Sequence record: MZ375356.1
Length of the DNA stretch: 64,000 bases
Strand: one strand, 5' to 3'
Source of the DNA: Escherichia phage T4
Shown: positions 32,264 through 42,604 of the stretch, piece after piece
Numbering within the stretch: position 1 is the first letter of the stretch
How the letters are laid out: every line of letters begins with the position of its first letter
The notes under the pieces: generated by a model
Database searches by the model: none
What the model saw: the letters and a program-made list of their open reading frames with translations, nothing else
What the model was told of the DNA's origin: nothing
Translations under genes and position numbers: made by a program

Positions 32264-33461
32264 ATTTTGTAATAATGTCAAACTGTTCTTTAAAGCAGAA
32301 GCTTGAATCTTGATGCTGATACAAAAATTCATATGCTTTTTCTCGCTCACGGTCATAAAGAGCTCGGTCAGATGACAGTTCTTTAATACGTTCAAATGTT
32401 GATTCCATATCATTTTCATCAAACCAAATGATACCGCTATCATGCGAGGTCAAAGGAGTATTATCAACACGGAATTTTAAATTTTCGCCAGTAGATTTCC
32501 AAAATACCGGAATTGTTCCACATGCACCAAGCTCGAGATGAGTATATTCGAGTGAGCGTTGTAAGTATTTCTGGTTAAGTTTACTCAACTGATATCCAAA
32601 GCCAGATTTACTCATTCGTTCAAGCATTTCACTATTAATATAACAATCTAGGATTTGTGCCGGTTGATTCGGCGCGAGATTCATTTTATCAATCTCACGA
32701 TTACCGTAATATTCATACGGAATACCTTTTTCCTTAATTGCAATAAAAGCAGGGGAACGTTCCAGACCTTCCATTACAGTGGATTTACCAGCAGGTTTTA
32801 AGAATTTTTCATGAAAATCAAACATCTGGTAAAAACCTTTCCATGTAGTCGTACGACCAATCCAACGGTTGATATTCATGTTAATTTCAGAAACATCTTT
32901 CCAATAAGTTGACCGAACCTTCACAATATCCATAGGAGGCTGAAAATTATATACTGTCGGTGCTTCTTCAATATCATCAAACAGAGAAACAGTTTCTGGA
33001 TACCATTCTTTCATCAGAACTTTATTAAAATCACCATTATCAGAATGGCTAAAAATAACATCAGCTCGACGAACAGTTTCTTCTAATCCCAAATTTCGAC
33101 GCAAAGAAAGAACAGAATGATCATGCTGATAAACTACAACACGAATAGAAGGTTTAATATTATCTAAAAGTTTTTTATAGTTAATCGTAGCTTCTTGAAC
33201 GGAAGTAGCAGGAACAGAATTAATAATTAGAATATCACAATCATTTACTAGCTTAAGTGCTTTATCGTATTCTTTAGCTAAAATAACTGGAATTGAAAAT
33301 GATTTGTGGTCATGAGAACTTGTACGAGTAAATGATTTATCTTTAGCATAAACCAAAGTTACTTCATGACCATTTTTAATAAACCAATCACGTTGCTCGA
33401 GTGAGAATTTTGTTACACCACAACCTTCAAGACCTCGAGCCATAAAAATGCAAATACGCAT
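32262..33461 (-). CDS. agt: DNA alpha-glucosyltransferase
   Basis: 399 aa MRICIFMARGLEGCGVTKF...; position between 47 and 55. Confidence 0.85.
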   Translation of the reverse strand: MRICIFMARGLEGCGVTKFSLEQRDWFIKNGHEVTLVYAKDKSFTRTSSHDHKSFSIPVILAKEYDKALKLVNDCDILIINSVPATSVQEATINYKKLLDNIKPSIRVVVYQHDHSVLSLRRNLGLEETVRRADVIFSHSDNGDFNKVLMKEWYPETVSLFDDIEEAPTVYNFQPPMDIVKVRSTYWKDVSEINMNINRWIGRTTTWKGFYQMFDFHEKFLKPAGKSTVMEGLERSPAFIAIKEKGIPYEYYGNREIDKMNLAPNQPAQILDCYINSEMLERMSKSGFGYQLSKLNQKYLQRSLEYTHLELGACGTIPVFWKSTGENLKFRVDNTPLTSHDSGIIWFDENDMESTFERIKELSSDRALYDREREKAYEFLYQHQDSSFCFKEQFDIITK

Positions 33462-33509
33462 AGTTTTCCTCTTTTCATTTAATAAATCATGTAAATAATA
33501 TTTTATTTT

Positions 33510-34292
33510 CTATAAAACGCTACGAATAGGCCCAAACATATCCATAAGCAATTTTGCTTTTTCCAGATTGCACTTTTTAATATTAGACATGCATCCTTTA
33601 ACGGATACAGCTGCGTCTTTAATTCTAGGAAATACTCGTAATAATTTTCCAGTAGTATCATATTGAAATACTGGCACATTTCTTTTCTGAGTTATCCCAC
33701 GTAGATTTAGACATTTTTTGTTTAGTTGCATTAGACATCCTAGAGGGCTTTCCTATGTTATCAGAATAATATTTCCATTGAAATCCTCCAGCGGTTTTCC
33801 TTTTACCATCTACACATTGTTTAATTGAAGTTGAACAGCTATGACATATCTTCTGCAGCATCTGTAATACATCTATTTGCGAATAAAATTTCCATTTAAA
33901 TCATATTGATAAATTGGTTTTCCAGCATTTCGTCTAGCGTTAGACATGTATTTTTTATTATCATCTTTCCAGAACTCTTTCATGCTTTCCGATATTGAAG
34001 AAGATACAGCTGTTTTAATCCATCCATACATTATTATTTAGTCTTGTTCCGTCAGAACTATAACATCATACGAATAGCTAAAGCCAATTTAGGAAGTCTA
34101 TAAATTTTAAATAATAAATGCGCGGTAAAATGTTCTTCTGGTGTCAAAAGAACTAAATTAGTTTTATCATCTGTACCACCCATACATCTAGGAATTATAT
34201 GATGTGTTTCAGTATAGTATGTCAAAAGACTTTTATCATTGCCTCTGTTTAGTCCTTTTTCGATCAGTAAATTATATGTTTAAATAATTCAT
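33510..34292 (-). pseudogene. HNH homing endonuclease-like gene (mobB-like), fragmented
   Basis: ATG at 34292 gives MNYLNI*; next frame holds HNH motif THHIIPRCMGGTDDKTNLVLLTPEEHFTAH; downstream pieces incl. ORFs 33658..33861 and 33510..33731 in other frames. Confidence 0.5.
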
Positions 34293-34325
34293 TTTAGTTT
34301 ATTTTACCAAAAAATTTATAAAGCA

Positions 34326-34345
34326 ATAGGAGCCGAAGCTCCTAT
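34326..34345 (-). terminator. CUUCGG-type hairpin
   Basis: Transcript AUAGGAGCUUCGGCUCCUAU. Confidence 0.4.
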
Positions 34346-34533
34346 CCACATAATACGCCATACAGAGGCTCGTTAGAACTTTTAAATTTTATGCGCTTAT
34401 ATGTTATAGTTCCTTCTGCTTTAGCTTTATCATGAGCCTCTTTAAAGCGTCTCATCATTTCCTCTCTAGAGGAACGAATTTTATTATAATCTATTTCAGA
34501 AGTCGGATGTTCATCTTTCACAGTTGCCACCAT
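34342..34533 (-). CDS. hypothetical protein, 63 aa
   Basis: ORF track. Confidence 0.35.
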   Translation of the reverse strand: MVATVKDEHPTSEIDYNKIRSSREEMMRRFKEAHDKAKAEGTITYKRIKFKSSNEPLYGVLCG

Positions 34534-34724
34534 TTTTTGACTTGATAAGAATCAACCCACACTTTCATATTAGGGTCTGCTCTTACAATAGGAGGATTAA
34601 CTTCTTTGATTGAACTATCACGGTATTCTTTTTCAGAAATTTTCACGCAAAGATGACCATTCAAAGATTCAGTAAATCCTGCATTAATTTTAAGACGCTT
34701 GAATTTTACGTGTGTAAGCATCAA
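34518..34724 (-). CDS. hypothetical protein, 68 aa
   Basis: ORF track. Confidence 0.35.
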   Translation of the reverse strand: MMLTHVKFKRLKINAGFTESLNGHLCVKISEKEYRDSSIKEVNPPIVRADPNMKVWVDSYQVKKWWQL

Positions 34725-35007
34725 TCATATCCTCAATCTGCGATCTAGTAGTCTTCCAAAGAATACTGATGAGTTCATCGTTATATGGCTGTTTTAGAAT
34801 ATCCCGACTTTTCTTGATAGCATATTCGTATTGAGCAAAATTATTATTTTCAGCTGCGATCTGAGCGTGCTTATAAAGACGATTCAGTTCGCGTTTGTTT
34901 TTAGACAATAACTTATTTGCTTTTCTTTCTGCTTCAAGACGGTTCTTTTCTTCAATAGAAGAAATAAGCTTTTCCACTTCATCATTAATTTCGGGTTTAT
35001 CAGTCAT
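34690..35007 (-). CDS. hypothetical protein, 105 aa
   Basis: ORF track. Confidence 0.4.
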   Translation of the reverse strand: MTDKPEINDEVEKLISSIEEKNRLEAERKANKLLSKNKRELNRLYKHAQIAAENNNFAQYEYAIKKSRDILKQPYNDELISILWKTTRSQIEDMIDAYTRKIQAS

Positions 35008-35008
35008 A

Positions 35009-35254
35009 TTATTTCTCTAATATAAAATAAAAATCATCATCTGTTAAATGATACCGATAGTTTAATTCTACACCATTAGATTTAAAAGCGGTATCATACG
35101 GATTTTCTGGATCAATATCAATGTCAAGAGCTAAAACTTCCCTGAGATACATTTTAAGTAAATAGGGAATAGCTTCAACTTCAGGTATTTCTTCCAAGAA
35201 TCCGGAGAGGTTAATCGTTAGCCTCATATAAAAAATCCAAACTAGGAGAATCAT
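35009..35254 (-). CDS. hypothetical protein, 81 aa
   Basis: ORF track. Confidence 0.4.
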
Positions 35255-35768
35255 CTACAACACTTTTCTTTTCAGCCCCCGGTGTTCTATAGGTTGATTC
35301 TTCGTAATGCGTCATTTTATCATAGATGTCTTGAATAAAAGTTTCATCTACTAACGCAACCATATCGTCGTCACGGCTGTCATAGACATTGTGAACGAAG
35401 TAACTATATTTCTTTGCAACTTCCTTACGTTCTTTTTTAATACGTTGGACGAATGCATTAAAACAAGCTTGAGTTATATACGCATGTGGGTTTTTATATT
35501 TCGTTTCATCAAAATTGTGAAGCCCCTTAATAGAAGCTTCTATACCATCTGCAATCATTTCTTGTTTCCAAGACTGGGTGTATCCTGAAAAGTTGAAACG
35601 TTTAGATAAGCCTTCTGCAATAAGCATAATGGCTAATCCGATAGTATCATTCTGACGAACTACTTTATTTGGGTCTTTATTATTTGCTAATTCTGTTTTC
35701 CAATCAATAATAGCTTGTAAAAGCTCTTTATTGTTTACGTAATTATATTTAGGCTTAGTTTCTGACAT
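35211..35768 (-). CDS. 55: late-transcription sigma factor gp55
   Basis: 185 aa from [23 protein letters not shown]. Confidence 0.85.
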
Positions 35769-35850
35769 TTTCACCTCTTAGCTCAATTCATAGATCTATT
35801 ATATCATAATATTTGAAGACCTATCTTAAAGCATAGAGGATGAATCAATT

Positions 35851-36066
35851 TCAAGCATTCATCAGATTAGCCGCTCCAAGAGCTGCATCTAGTGAATCAA
35901 ATTGGTCAACATATTCAATTAATTCGCCGTAATTAGCGTATAACCACCATTGGCTAAATTCATACTCAAGGATGAATCCATTTCCTTCAATTTGAGTTAA
36001 ACCAATGCCATTTGTATTTACTTCATACCCAGCGAGACGTAAATCGTTAATAAGAGCTTCGTTCAT
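35851..36066 (-). CDS. hypothetical protein, 71 aa
   Basis: ORF track. Confidence 0.35.
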   Translation of the reverse strand: MNEALINDLRLAGYEVNTNGIGLTQIEGNGFILEYEFSQWWLYANYGELIEYVDQFDSLDAALGAANLMNA

Positions 36067-36068
36067 AA

Positions 36069-36395
36069 TTATACCTTAGTAATTTTCAGGTCTGCAAATT
36101 TTTTCTTGCGTTGATTTTTCATGCGACGAATAGTTTTATCGGAAATTTCATGCTTTTGATAAGCTTTAGATTCTACACCAAAAGCTTTAACATCAAATTC
36201 TGACAAGATATATTGAACCAACAATTCACGGACAGTATTGCGTCCAATCTTCTGATCATTCTGTTTCATCGTTTGATGAAGCTCTTTTTCCCATTTATCC
36301 AAAATTTGAGGAGTTACAATATCGCCTTTTTCTAGCAAAGAAACTACTTTATCATATGCGTAAGAATTGATGGCGTTTTTAATTTGAATAGTCAT
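36069..36395 (-). CDS. hypothetical protein, 108 aa
   Basis: ORF track. Confidence 0.4.
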   Translation of the reverse strand: MTIQIKNAINSYAYDKVVSLLEKGDIVTPQILDKWEKELHQTMKQNDQKIGRNTVRELLVQYILSEFDVKAFGVESKAYQKHEISDKTIRRMKNQRKKKFADLKITKV

Positions 36396-36447
36396 ACATT
36401 ATCCTCAATTACGTTAAAATTTTATTATCCAAAAAGGGCCGAAGCCC

Positions 36448-36648
36448 TTAGCTAAACTTTTTGGCACCCTTCCAGCCTTCGTACATCATTGCGACTGACA
36501 ATGACAAAGCTCCTTCACATGCTGCATACTTATTATTCCAGAACCAATTTAGAAAAACTTCATCCTCAATACCGTTGTGTTTCATGTTCTGGAAAAATTT
36601 GGCGCGTTCTTCAGCAATTCGCTGCGATAATTTAGATTCAGGATTCAT
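36448..36648 (-). CDS. hypothetical protein, 66 aa
   Basis: ORF track; hairpin downstream. Confidence 0.35.
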   Translation of the reverse strand: MNPESKLSQRIAEERAKFFQNMKHNGIEDEVFLNWFWNNKYAACEGALSLSVAMMYEGWKGAKKFS

Positions 36649-36787
36649 TTAAATTTCCCAATTGCCATTTTCATCAATAAATTTAATCCAGTCATTTACT
36701 GACCACTTGGTCGTATCGCCTTTTGGAGTAACATTTAAAGTGTATAGCCCTTGCTTAAAAAGCATGCGTTTGATATTCATATTTTCC

Positions 36788-37126
36788 TCAGCTGTAACGA
36801 TAACACTCGTTTGATTTACGTTTAGCAACTCGTTGAGAAGTATTATAATCAAAATCATCATCAATGTAAACTGATTTTTTCAACTTTCTTACTTCACCGC
36901 GTAATTGACGATTTAACTCATCTTTAACTTCTGAATCAATACCTTTCATTCTACGCCATTTATCTGAGCGAAAAATGTTTTCAACCATATCTTTATGACT
37001 TACCCCATCAGGAGCTTTACGCTTTCCGAAATAGTCATAATCACGCACTTTTAAGTCTTTACGACGATACGTTTTACCCATGGAGTTTAATTTCCTTAGC
37101 AACTGAACTAAATACAGCACGATCAC
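36788..37126 (-). CDS. hypothetical protein, 112 aa
   Basis: ORF track; overlaps ORF 36649..36864 in another frame. Confidence 0.35.
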   Translation of the reverse strand: MIVLYLVQLLRKLNSMGKTYRRKDLKVRDYDYFGKRKAPDGVSHKDMVENIFRSDKWRRMKGIDSEVKDELNRQLRGEVRKLKKSVYIDDDFDYNTSQRVAKRKSNECYRYS

Positions 37127-37256
37127 AAATCATACGTTTATGTAACTTGAGTATAAGATAGTAAACATCAAAACCATTTACATAAGTAACACGAACAACA
37201 TTACCATTCACGAGATAATACTGTCCCTTTTTAATCTCTTTATCAACCACAACCAT
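37074..37256 (-). CDS. hypothetical protein, 60 aa
   Basis: ORF track; early promoter upstream. Confidence 0.4.
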   Translation of the reverse strand: MVVVDKEIKKGQYYLVNGNVVRVTYVNGFDVYYLILKLHKRMICDRAVFSSVAKEIKLHG

Positions 37257-37286
37257 ATCAATTCCTCAAAGGTAATTCATATGTTA

Positions 37287-37316
37287 ATAATACCACGGTT
37301 TGAACTTGTTGTAAAC
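37287..37316 (-). promoter_or_regulatory. T4-type early promoter
   Basis: GTTTAC-18 nt-TATTAT. Confidence 0.5.
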
Positions 37317-37397
37317 AACTTTGTGAAAAATATTTTAGGGAATGATAAGAAAGGAACGATAGCTTAGAATGGTAATATACAGAATGTGAGAAAGAAA

Positions 37398-37410
37398 GGC
37401 CCAGAGGGCC
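37398..37410 (-). terminator. GC hairpin after nrdH
   Basis: GGCCCUCUGGGCC just after the nrdH stop. Confidence 0.4.
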
Positions 37411-37414
37411 CGTC

Positions 37415-37723
37415 TTAATCTTCTATGATATCTCTATCATATCCAAGTGAAATGAGAGTTTCTTTGAAGTGTTTAATGTTCTTTTGTCTAGAATCATTAA
37501 TGAAAATGACTGGATAACGAATGTTAAGAGATGTGAATCCAGCGCGTTTAGCAAGAGATACAATCAGCGGACGATCATACTCAATCTTACCATTATTTGT
37601 AAGAACTTTATAGAAAGTAAAAGGAGCATTGAGCTCCTTTAGAAGTTTTGTAACTGATTGACATCCAGGACAACGACCTACTTCATCTGGAATTCCATAG
37701 ACTTCAATCTTATTTTGTTTCAC
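37415..37723 (-). CDS. nrdH: glutaredoxin-like protein NrdH
   Basis: 102 aa; CPGC active-site motif. Confidence 0.7.
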   Translation of the reverse strand: MKQNKIEVYGIPDEVGRCPGCQSVTKLLKELNAPFTFYKVLTNNGKIEYDRPLIVSLAKRAGFTSLNIRYPVIFINDSRQKNIKHFKETLISLGYDRDIIED

Positions 37724-37725
37724 AA

Positions 37726-37938
37726 CTATTCCTTACTAAGAGCAGCATTCAGCTTGTTAGTAATTTTATCCAGACGCTCATTGAATTCACTAGAAGATAA
37801 GCCCTTTTCTGGAGAAATCAAACTAATCACGAAAAATATAGCAATAAAAGGAATAAGGAAAATAGCTCCAACTGCCATAAACAGAAAGAATGTTACAGTT
37901 GTAAGAAAATCAGCTAAACCTTTACGAAATTTATACAT
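37726..37938 (-). CDS. small membrane protein, 70 aa
   Basis: Long hydrophobic segment. Confidence 0.4.
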   Translation of the reverse strand: MYKFRKGLADFLTTVTFFLFMAVGAIFLIPFIAIFFVISLISPEKGLSSSEFNERLDKITNKLNAALSKE

Positions 37939-38055
37939 TTACATTTACCTTTAATTGATTAACCAAGCATTGATAAGCACTAAACTTACTGCGAATAAAA
38001 TTCTGGACCAAAATGAAAAATCATATCATTTATAGTATCCATAATGTAATTCAAT

Positions 38056-38433
38056 TTAATCATGTTTCCACACCCCATCGGTATTTGACCAAAGTCGCTG
38101 ATTATCTGATCCTCGCCACAGCTTTTTGGTCGGAAGATTTTTCTCATACTTCCCATCAATAATAACATCAACATATTTAAGCATTTCTAGTTGTTTAATA
38201 TCTTCAAACTTATATCCTGTCCACAACCAGATATCTTTCTCCGGAAATCTTGCTTTAACCCAAGAAACTAAATTTGAAATCTCTTCTCGGTTCTGTGGAT
38301 AAAGTGGGTCACCGCCGGTTAAGGTAAGGCCTTGGATATACGATTTGCTTAAATGGGACGCAAGTTCTTTAACGGTATTCATAGTGAATAACTGTCCGTT
38401 ACGAGCATTCCTTTTAAATATACTAAACAGCAA
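38056..38433 (-). pseudogene. nrdG: anaerobic RNR activase NrdG, 5'-truncated (no ATG, no radical-SAM Cys cluster)
   Basis: TLTGGDPLYPQN, WLWTGYKFEDI, RGSDNQRLW match NrdG C-terminal two-thirds; frame opens at TTG directly after the nrdD fragment. Confidence 0.65.
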
Positions 38434-38666
38434 TTAGTAAATGGAAGAGCAGGGGAATAATCAATATCATGCACGTGAATAATTCCGCTTTCATGCGCTT
38501 TCATAATAAAAGACGGGACCATATTTTTGGCAATGTGTTTAGACACAATACCAGCCATAAGGTCCCGTTGAGTTGGAAAAACACGAGAATCTTTATTAGC
38601 ATTCTCGTTTAAAAGGTCTTTATTAGTTTTATGAATTAATCCTTCAATTTCTTTTTCAATTGTCAT
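38379..38666 (-). pseudogene. nrdD: anaerobic RNR NrdD, N-terminal 95-codon fragment only
   Basis: LLNENANKDSRVFPTQRDL...HVHDIDYSPALPFTNCCLVYLKGML matches NrdD N-terminal region; glycyl-radical domain absent. Confidence 0.65.
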
Positions 38667-39136
38667 TTTAAACTCTTTCTAAGCTGCTTCTTGAATGAAG
38701 CTATTAATTGTGTTTTGGTGTCAGATTCATTATATTCAAATCCTCTTTGAAGCATCTCGGCCATCATTTCCTCTTTTCCTAAACGAGAAAATTCCTTTGA
38801 TTTATCTCCAACAAAGTTAGGGTGAATATTATTTTGGGTGTAATCGGATTTTAAATAAGTAAGTAAATTTTCTAACCATTCAAGATAATCAACACCTTGT
38901 CCCTTTAAGCCAGAACGATTAAATTTATGCTTCATTTGACCTTCTGCAGCATTGCATAGATTACAAAGCAATCCACGCACCTTTCCTGCTTTTGGTCCAT
39001 TTAATTCATGGTCATGGTCGAGGTGATTAGCTTGAACATCAGGATTTAGTTCTCGTTGGCAAATTAAGCATTTACCGTTTTGTGCATCATAAAATTTCTG
39101 TTTTTCTTCTTTGTATAATTTGCCAGTCAATAACAT
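38663..39136 (-). CDS. 49: endonuclease VII (Holliday junction resolvase) gp49
   Basis: 157 aa; zinc motif CLICQ...CNLCN. Confidence 0.9.
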   Translation of the reverse strand: MLLTGKLYKEEKQKFYDAQNGKCLICQRELNPDVQANHLDHDHELNGPKAGKVRGLLCNLCNAAEGQMKHKFNRSGLKGQGVDYLEWLENLLTYLKSDYTQNNIHPNFVGDKSKEFSRLGKEEMMAEMLQRGFEYNESDTKTQLIASFKKQLRKSLK

Positions 39137-39177
39137 AATAAACCCTTACCTTAAATAGATAAGGGTATTTATTATTT

Positions 39178-39679
39178 TCAAGTATTGTAAAACATTTGAT
39201 GCAATCGCTTATATTGCTGAATCATTCGGTCAGAAAAAGAAATTTGAGTTTCAAGCCATTCAATGTACTCTGCGGCAGCTTGCATTAAATTTCCTTCATA
39301 GCCATCGTTATTTTCTTGTGCAGCTAATAGCTAATGCGTATGAAATACGTTCACCTTGAAAATCGGCTTTAGGCTTCTGAACAACTTGATTAGTTCGCTC
39401 TACAACTTCTTCAATTTCGCCATTTTCTACTGATTCAGTATTCCACAAACACCAATACGTAATTGGCTTATCGTAGATGTTAATAATCTTTCCATCAGAA
39501 AGTTCAATTTCAATAATTCCAGTGTCAGGCTCTATATCATCTTCACATTCTTTTACAAGTTCACGAACTTTAAAGACAGTACCTGCACTAAGTTCCGGCC
39601 AGTAATTACACAGCCCTGTATCAGCACGATTAATTCTAAACCATTTATCTACTGTAATCATGTCCCATCTCCATATCAA
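39178..39679 (-). pseudogene. pin-like gene with one frame change
   Basis: ORF 39308..39679 (123 aa) followed in the next frame by 38 protein-like codons; total matches the recalled T4 Pin size (161 aa); name from position and size only. Confidence 0.45.
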
Positions 39680-39784
39680 TTAAGTCATTTATCGTTGGTT
39701 CATTATACACCGTTTCTTCATCAGTGTAAACCGGTTCTTCCGGCTCTGGCTCTACAGTTTCCCATCTAGCCGCCCACCAAGGTT

Positions 39785-40105
39785 TTATAGCGTAATCCAT
39801 TCTCGTACTGTCTGAGTTACTACACGTTCTCGAAGCTCAACCAGTTCAACAGTAGGAACTGCATAATACCAGTCAGAATGGTAAGAACCTGAGCGAGATT
39901 CATTTACAGCCACATGTACATTATGTTTTGGACTAAAATAAACACACTGACGATATTGGCATTTACCATCTTGCACCCAGTCTTCTATTTCGATAGGTTT
40001 AAGATAGTCGGAAAAATCGAAATCATAGTTTTCCGAAAATGCATCATGGTCTTCAATGATTTCGCTCAGAACTGCATCAACATCTAATTTATTTTCAATA
40101 TTCAT
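39785..40105 (-). CDS. hypothetical protein, 106 aa
   Basis: ORF track. Confidence 0.45.
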   Translation of the reverse strand: MNIENKLDVDAVLSEIIEDHDAFSENYDFDFSDYLKPIEIEDWVQDGKCQYRQCVYFSPKHNVHVAVNESRSGSYHSDWYYAVPTVELVELRERVVTQTVREWITL

Positions 40106-40410
40106 TTTTCACACCACCAACTGCTTACTTCAAAATCGGGTTCGCCATGTTCCCAGAACCAGGGGCCGATAGGAATCCACTTACCTTCATCGGTGACGTC
40201 ATATTCTTCGGATTTAAGCCCAACGTATCGCCATTCGACTTCATAAGCGGTACCACCGATTACAACTGTGTTCTCGCCATACGGGTTAGACACAACAAAG
40301 TCTATACCTTCTGCTTTAGCTAACCAAATCATGTATTCATAGAGTTTATATTCCAGGTCGCCTTCTGTTCCATCGCCTAGAAAAATAATTTGTTCATTTA
40401 ATTCTATCAT
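40102..40410 (-). CDS. hypothetical protein, 102 aa
   Basis: ORF track; ATGA overlaps. Confidence 0.45.
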   Translation of the reverse strand: MIELNEQIIFLGDGTEGDLEYKLYEYMIWLAKAEGIDFVVSNPYGENTVVIGGTAYEVEWRYVGLKSEEYDVTDEGKWIPIGPWFWEHGEPDFEVSSWWCEK

Positions 40411-40670
40411 TTAAAGTATTCCCGCAATTGGTCAAATCCACCAATATGACTTCCATCAGGAGCAAATACCTGAGGCATTGTTAAGCCGATTTGAGTATCA
40501 CGACCTAGTTTAGTCAGAAGCTCAGCAATTTTCTCATCATCAAAAACACCTTTTTCCGGCATAATGTTGATAAATTCAAACGGCTGTTTCTTCACAGTCA
40601 AAAGACGTTTTGCATTATCGCAATACACACATTTATGAATGTTGCTATCATAACCATATACTTTAAACAT
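40407..40670 (-). CDS. nrdC: thioredoxin/glutaredoxin NrdC
   Basis: 87 aa; CVYC active site. Confidence 0.8.
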   Translation of the reverse strand: MFKVYGYDSNIHKCVYCDNAKRLLTVKKQPFEFINIMPEKGVFDDEKIAELLTKLGRDTQIGLTMPQVFAPDGSHIGGFDQLREYFK

Positions 40671-40841
40671 ATTATTCCTTAATTCCTAGTACTTGTTTAA
40701 AAGTCTCGTCGTAATCAAGACTTTGGCCCGTTTGTTCTTTATGCTTGTATATAATCACTTACTTCTGATAGCATATTTTTATATGAACGAGTTAAAGCAG
40801 ATTTAAGCACGCTGTATCTATCAGGAAATTTACCGTGTTCA

Positions 40842-41207
40842 TTATAATAAGCTTGCTAATTCACGGACTGCCTTTTCAGCAGTCTCCATATATTTACGCT
40901 TTGTCATTTTCTTCTCGGTCAAATCGGTGTTTACAATGGCGACATTTATAACGAAGATATTAGTCTGCCAATGGACCAATTGCACCTGTTCAGTTCCACA
41001 TTCAGGGCAATTAGGAACGTTTTTAGAAGCCCTTTCGCGACGTTCAACCATGACCATTACAGAATCCCAATTAACAGGAGGGCTATAATCATCACAACCA
41101 TAAATCTTTCCACGCATTTCCAGATCGTCTTCTTCACCAGCCATAATAATTTTAATTAGACTAGAATTACTTGAAGCTGCAATGTCTTCTAATAGACGCT
41201 TTTTCAT
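40842..41207 (-). CDS. hypothetical protein, 121 aa with CPEC pair
   Basis: ORF track. Confidence 0.4.
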   Translation of the reverse strand: MKKRLLEDIAASSNSSLIKIIMAGEEDDLEMRGKIYGCDDYSPPVNWDSVMVMVERRERASKNVPNCPECGTEQVQLVHWQTNIFVINVAIVNTDLTEKKMTKRKYMETAEKAVRELASLL

Positions 41208-41313
41208 TTCAATACCTCAATAGCAGTTCTTCTCACTTGGTTAATGATTTATACTCCGAGCCATCCTTGGCTTTAAATTTTACTTAATTAACTGCAAAGC
41301 TTGTTCTAGACGA

Positions 41314-41781
41314 TCAAGACGAAACGGATTCTTCCCAAATCTTTTTAGCCTGCTCATATTCTTTCTGCGCTTTATTAGAAATTTCTAGAACTTCTTTATA
41401 AGCTTTTTCTAGTGCAATAACTTCTGGACGAATTTCTATCGGTTCAGGTGAATCATCAAGACATTCCATTAGTTCCTCAAGGGTAGTTTCTTCTTTAGGA
41501 GTATTCACAATTTCATCACATTTTTGTTGGTAAATTTCTTTACTAGTAGGTGAATAAGCACATTTCACTTCACGAAGGCTAATTACGAGTTTATATCCTT
41601 CCCAACCGCATATTCTTAAAAGGATGTATGAATTTCTACTGTTTCCATACAAAGTAATGCGGTCTCTAATTGACGAGTTAGTGCTAGCAATTGAGAAAAA
41701 TTTATTAATATTCTTTTGGTTAGTTTCTGGTGTAAAAAATCCATAATTCACAAAAAGATACTTTATTTTTATCAAGTTCAT
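41314..41781 (-). CDS. hypothetical protein, 155 aa
   Basis: ORF track. Confidence 0.4.
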   Translation of the reverse strand: MNLIKIKYLFVNYGFFTPETNQKNINKFFSIASTNSSIRDRITLYGNSRNSYILLRICGWEGYKLVISLREVKCAYSPTSKEIYQQKCDEIVNTPKEETTLEELMECLDDSPEPIEIRPEVIALEKAYKEVLEISNKAQKEYEQAKKIWEESVSS

Positions 41782-41967
41782 ATTCTTTTATGATAATCAT
41801 ATCAGAAGCCAAAGGATGAATTTGACGATAATCGCCAACATAATTTAGAAGCTGATTTTAGAATTTGCTTCTTGAAAAGTCTGAAATTACTAATCCAACG
41901 ACGAGTAAAAATATTCTCAGGGTCTTCTTTATTATTGAGATGATAAGAATTAACATCACCGAACCAA

Positions 41968-42219
41968 TTATCCTACTACATCTTTAGTTCGTTTAATTTC
42001 TTTCCCAAAATTACCAAGAATATCCCGATTAACCAAATATGAAAGAAGACGAGACTCTTTAAAGGTTTTCTTGATAACATCTTTATCTACACGGCTAGAA
42101 ATTTTACGAATTTCATGAATAAATTTAGTAGAAGAAACAATACTTGCATCAACACTATTGAGCCACTGATTGATAATAGAAAGAACGCTATTTTGGCCAA
42201 ACATCGGTATAGCTATCAT
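41968..42219 (-). CDS. hypothetical protein, 83 aa
   Basis: ATG at 42219; early promoter and a 10-codon leader ORF upstream. Confidence 0.4.
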   Translation of the reverse strand: MIAIPMFGQNSVLSIINQWLNSVDASIVSSTKFIHEIRKISSRVDKDVIKKTFKESRLLSYLVNRDILGNFGKEIKRTKDVVG

Positions 42220-42288
42220 CAATAACGCTATTGAATGATTTGATATTCGTTACGAGTCATATTAATCTCCTCAGTAGAAAGTAAGAAC

Positions 42289-42318
42289 ATTATACCACAT
42301 CCTTGTGGCAAAGTAAAC
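42289..42318 (-). promoter_or_regulatory. T4-type early promoter
   Basis: GTTTAC-18 nt-TATAAT. Confidence 0.55.
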
Positions 42319-42348
42319 TAGTTCAGTGCATTTAGTGCATTGTTCAGT

Positions 42349-42576
42349 TTAGAACGTTGTTGTCAGATTTTGAACCCTTGACTGAGCTTGTTCTAACGCC
42401 TTTTCAGCTTCTAGCACTTCATTGGTCGCTTTAACTAATTCAGCATCTACTGCCTTAAGAGACTTCTCAATCGCATCCGCGTGCCATTTTTCAACAGGTT
42501 TAAGACTTGGATTTTCAACAGGAAGAAAATTCACTTTATTGAATTTCCATGCATCTTTATTACCTGAGCTATACAT
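42349..42576 (-). CDS. hypothetical protein, 75 aa
   Basis: ORF track. Confidence 0.35.
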   Translation of the reverse strand: MYSSGNKDAWKFNKVNFLPVENPSLKPVEKWHADAIEKSLKAVDAELVKATNEVLEAEKALEQAQSRVQNLTTTF

Positions 42577-42604
42577 CCAAAATTTAGGATCGTTTGATAA
42601 GTAA

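Noticed and set aside
38379-38666. Group I intron and intron-encoded endonuclease within nrdD
   Set aside because: Searched for because T4 nrdD is intron-containing, but the nrdD body is absent; the fragment runs straight into nrdG.
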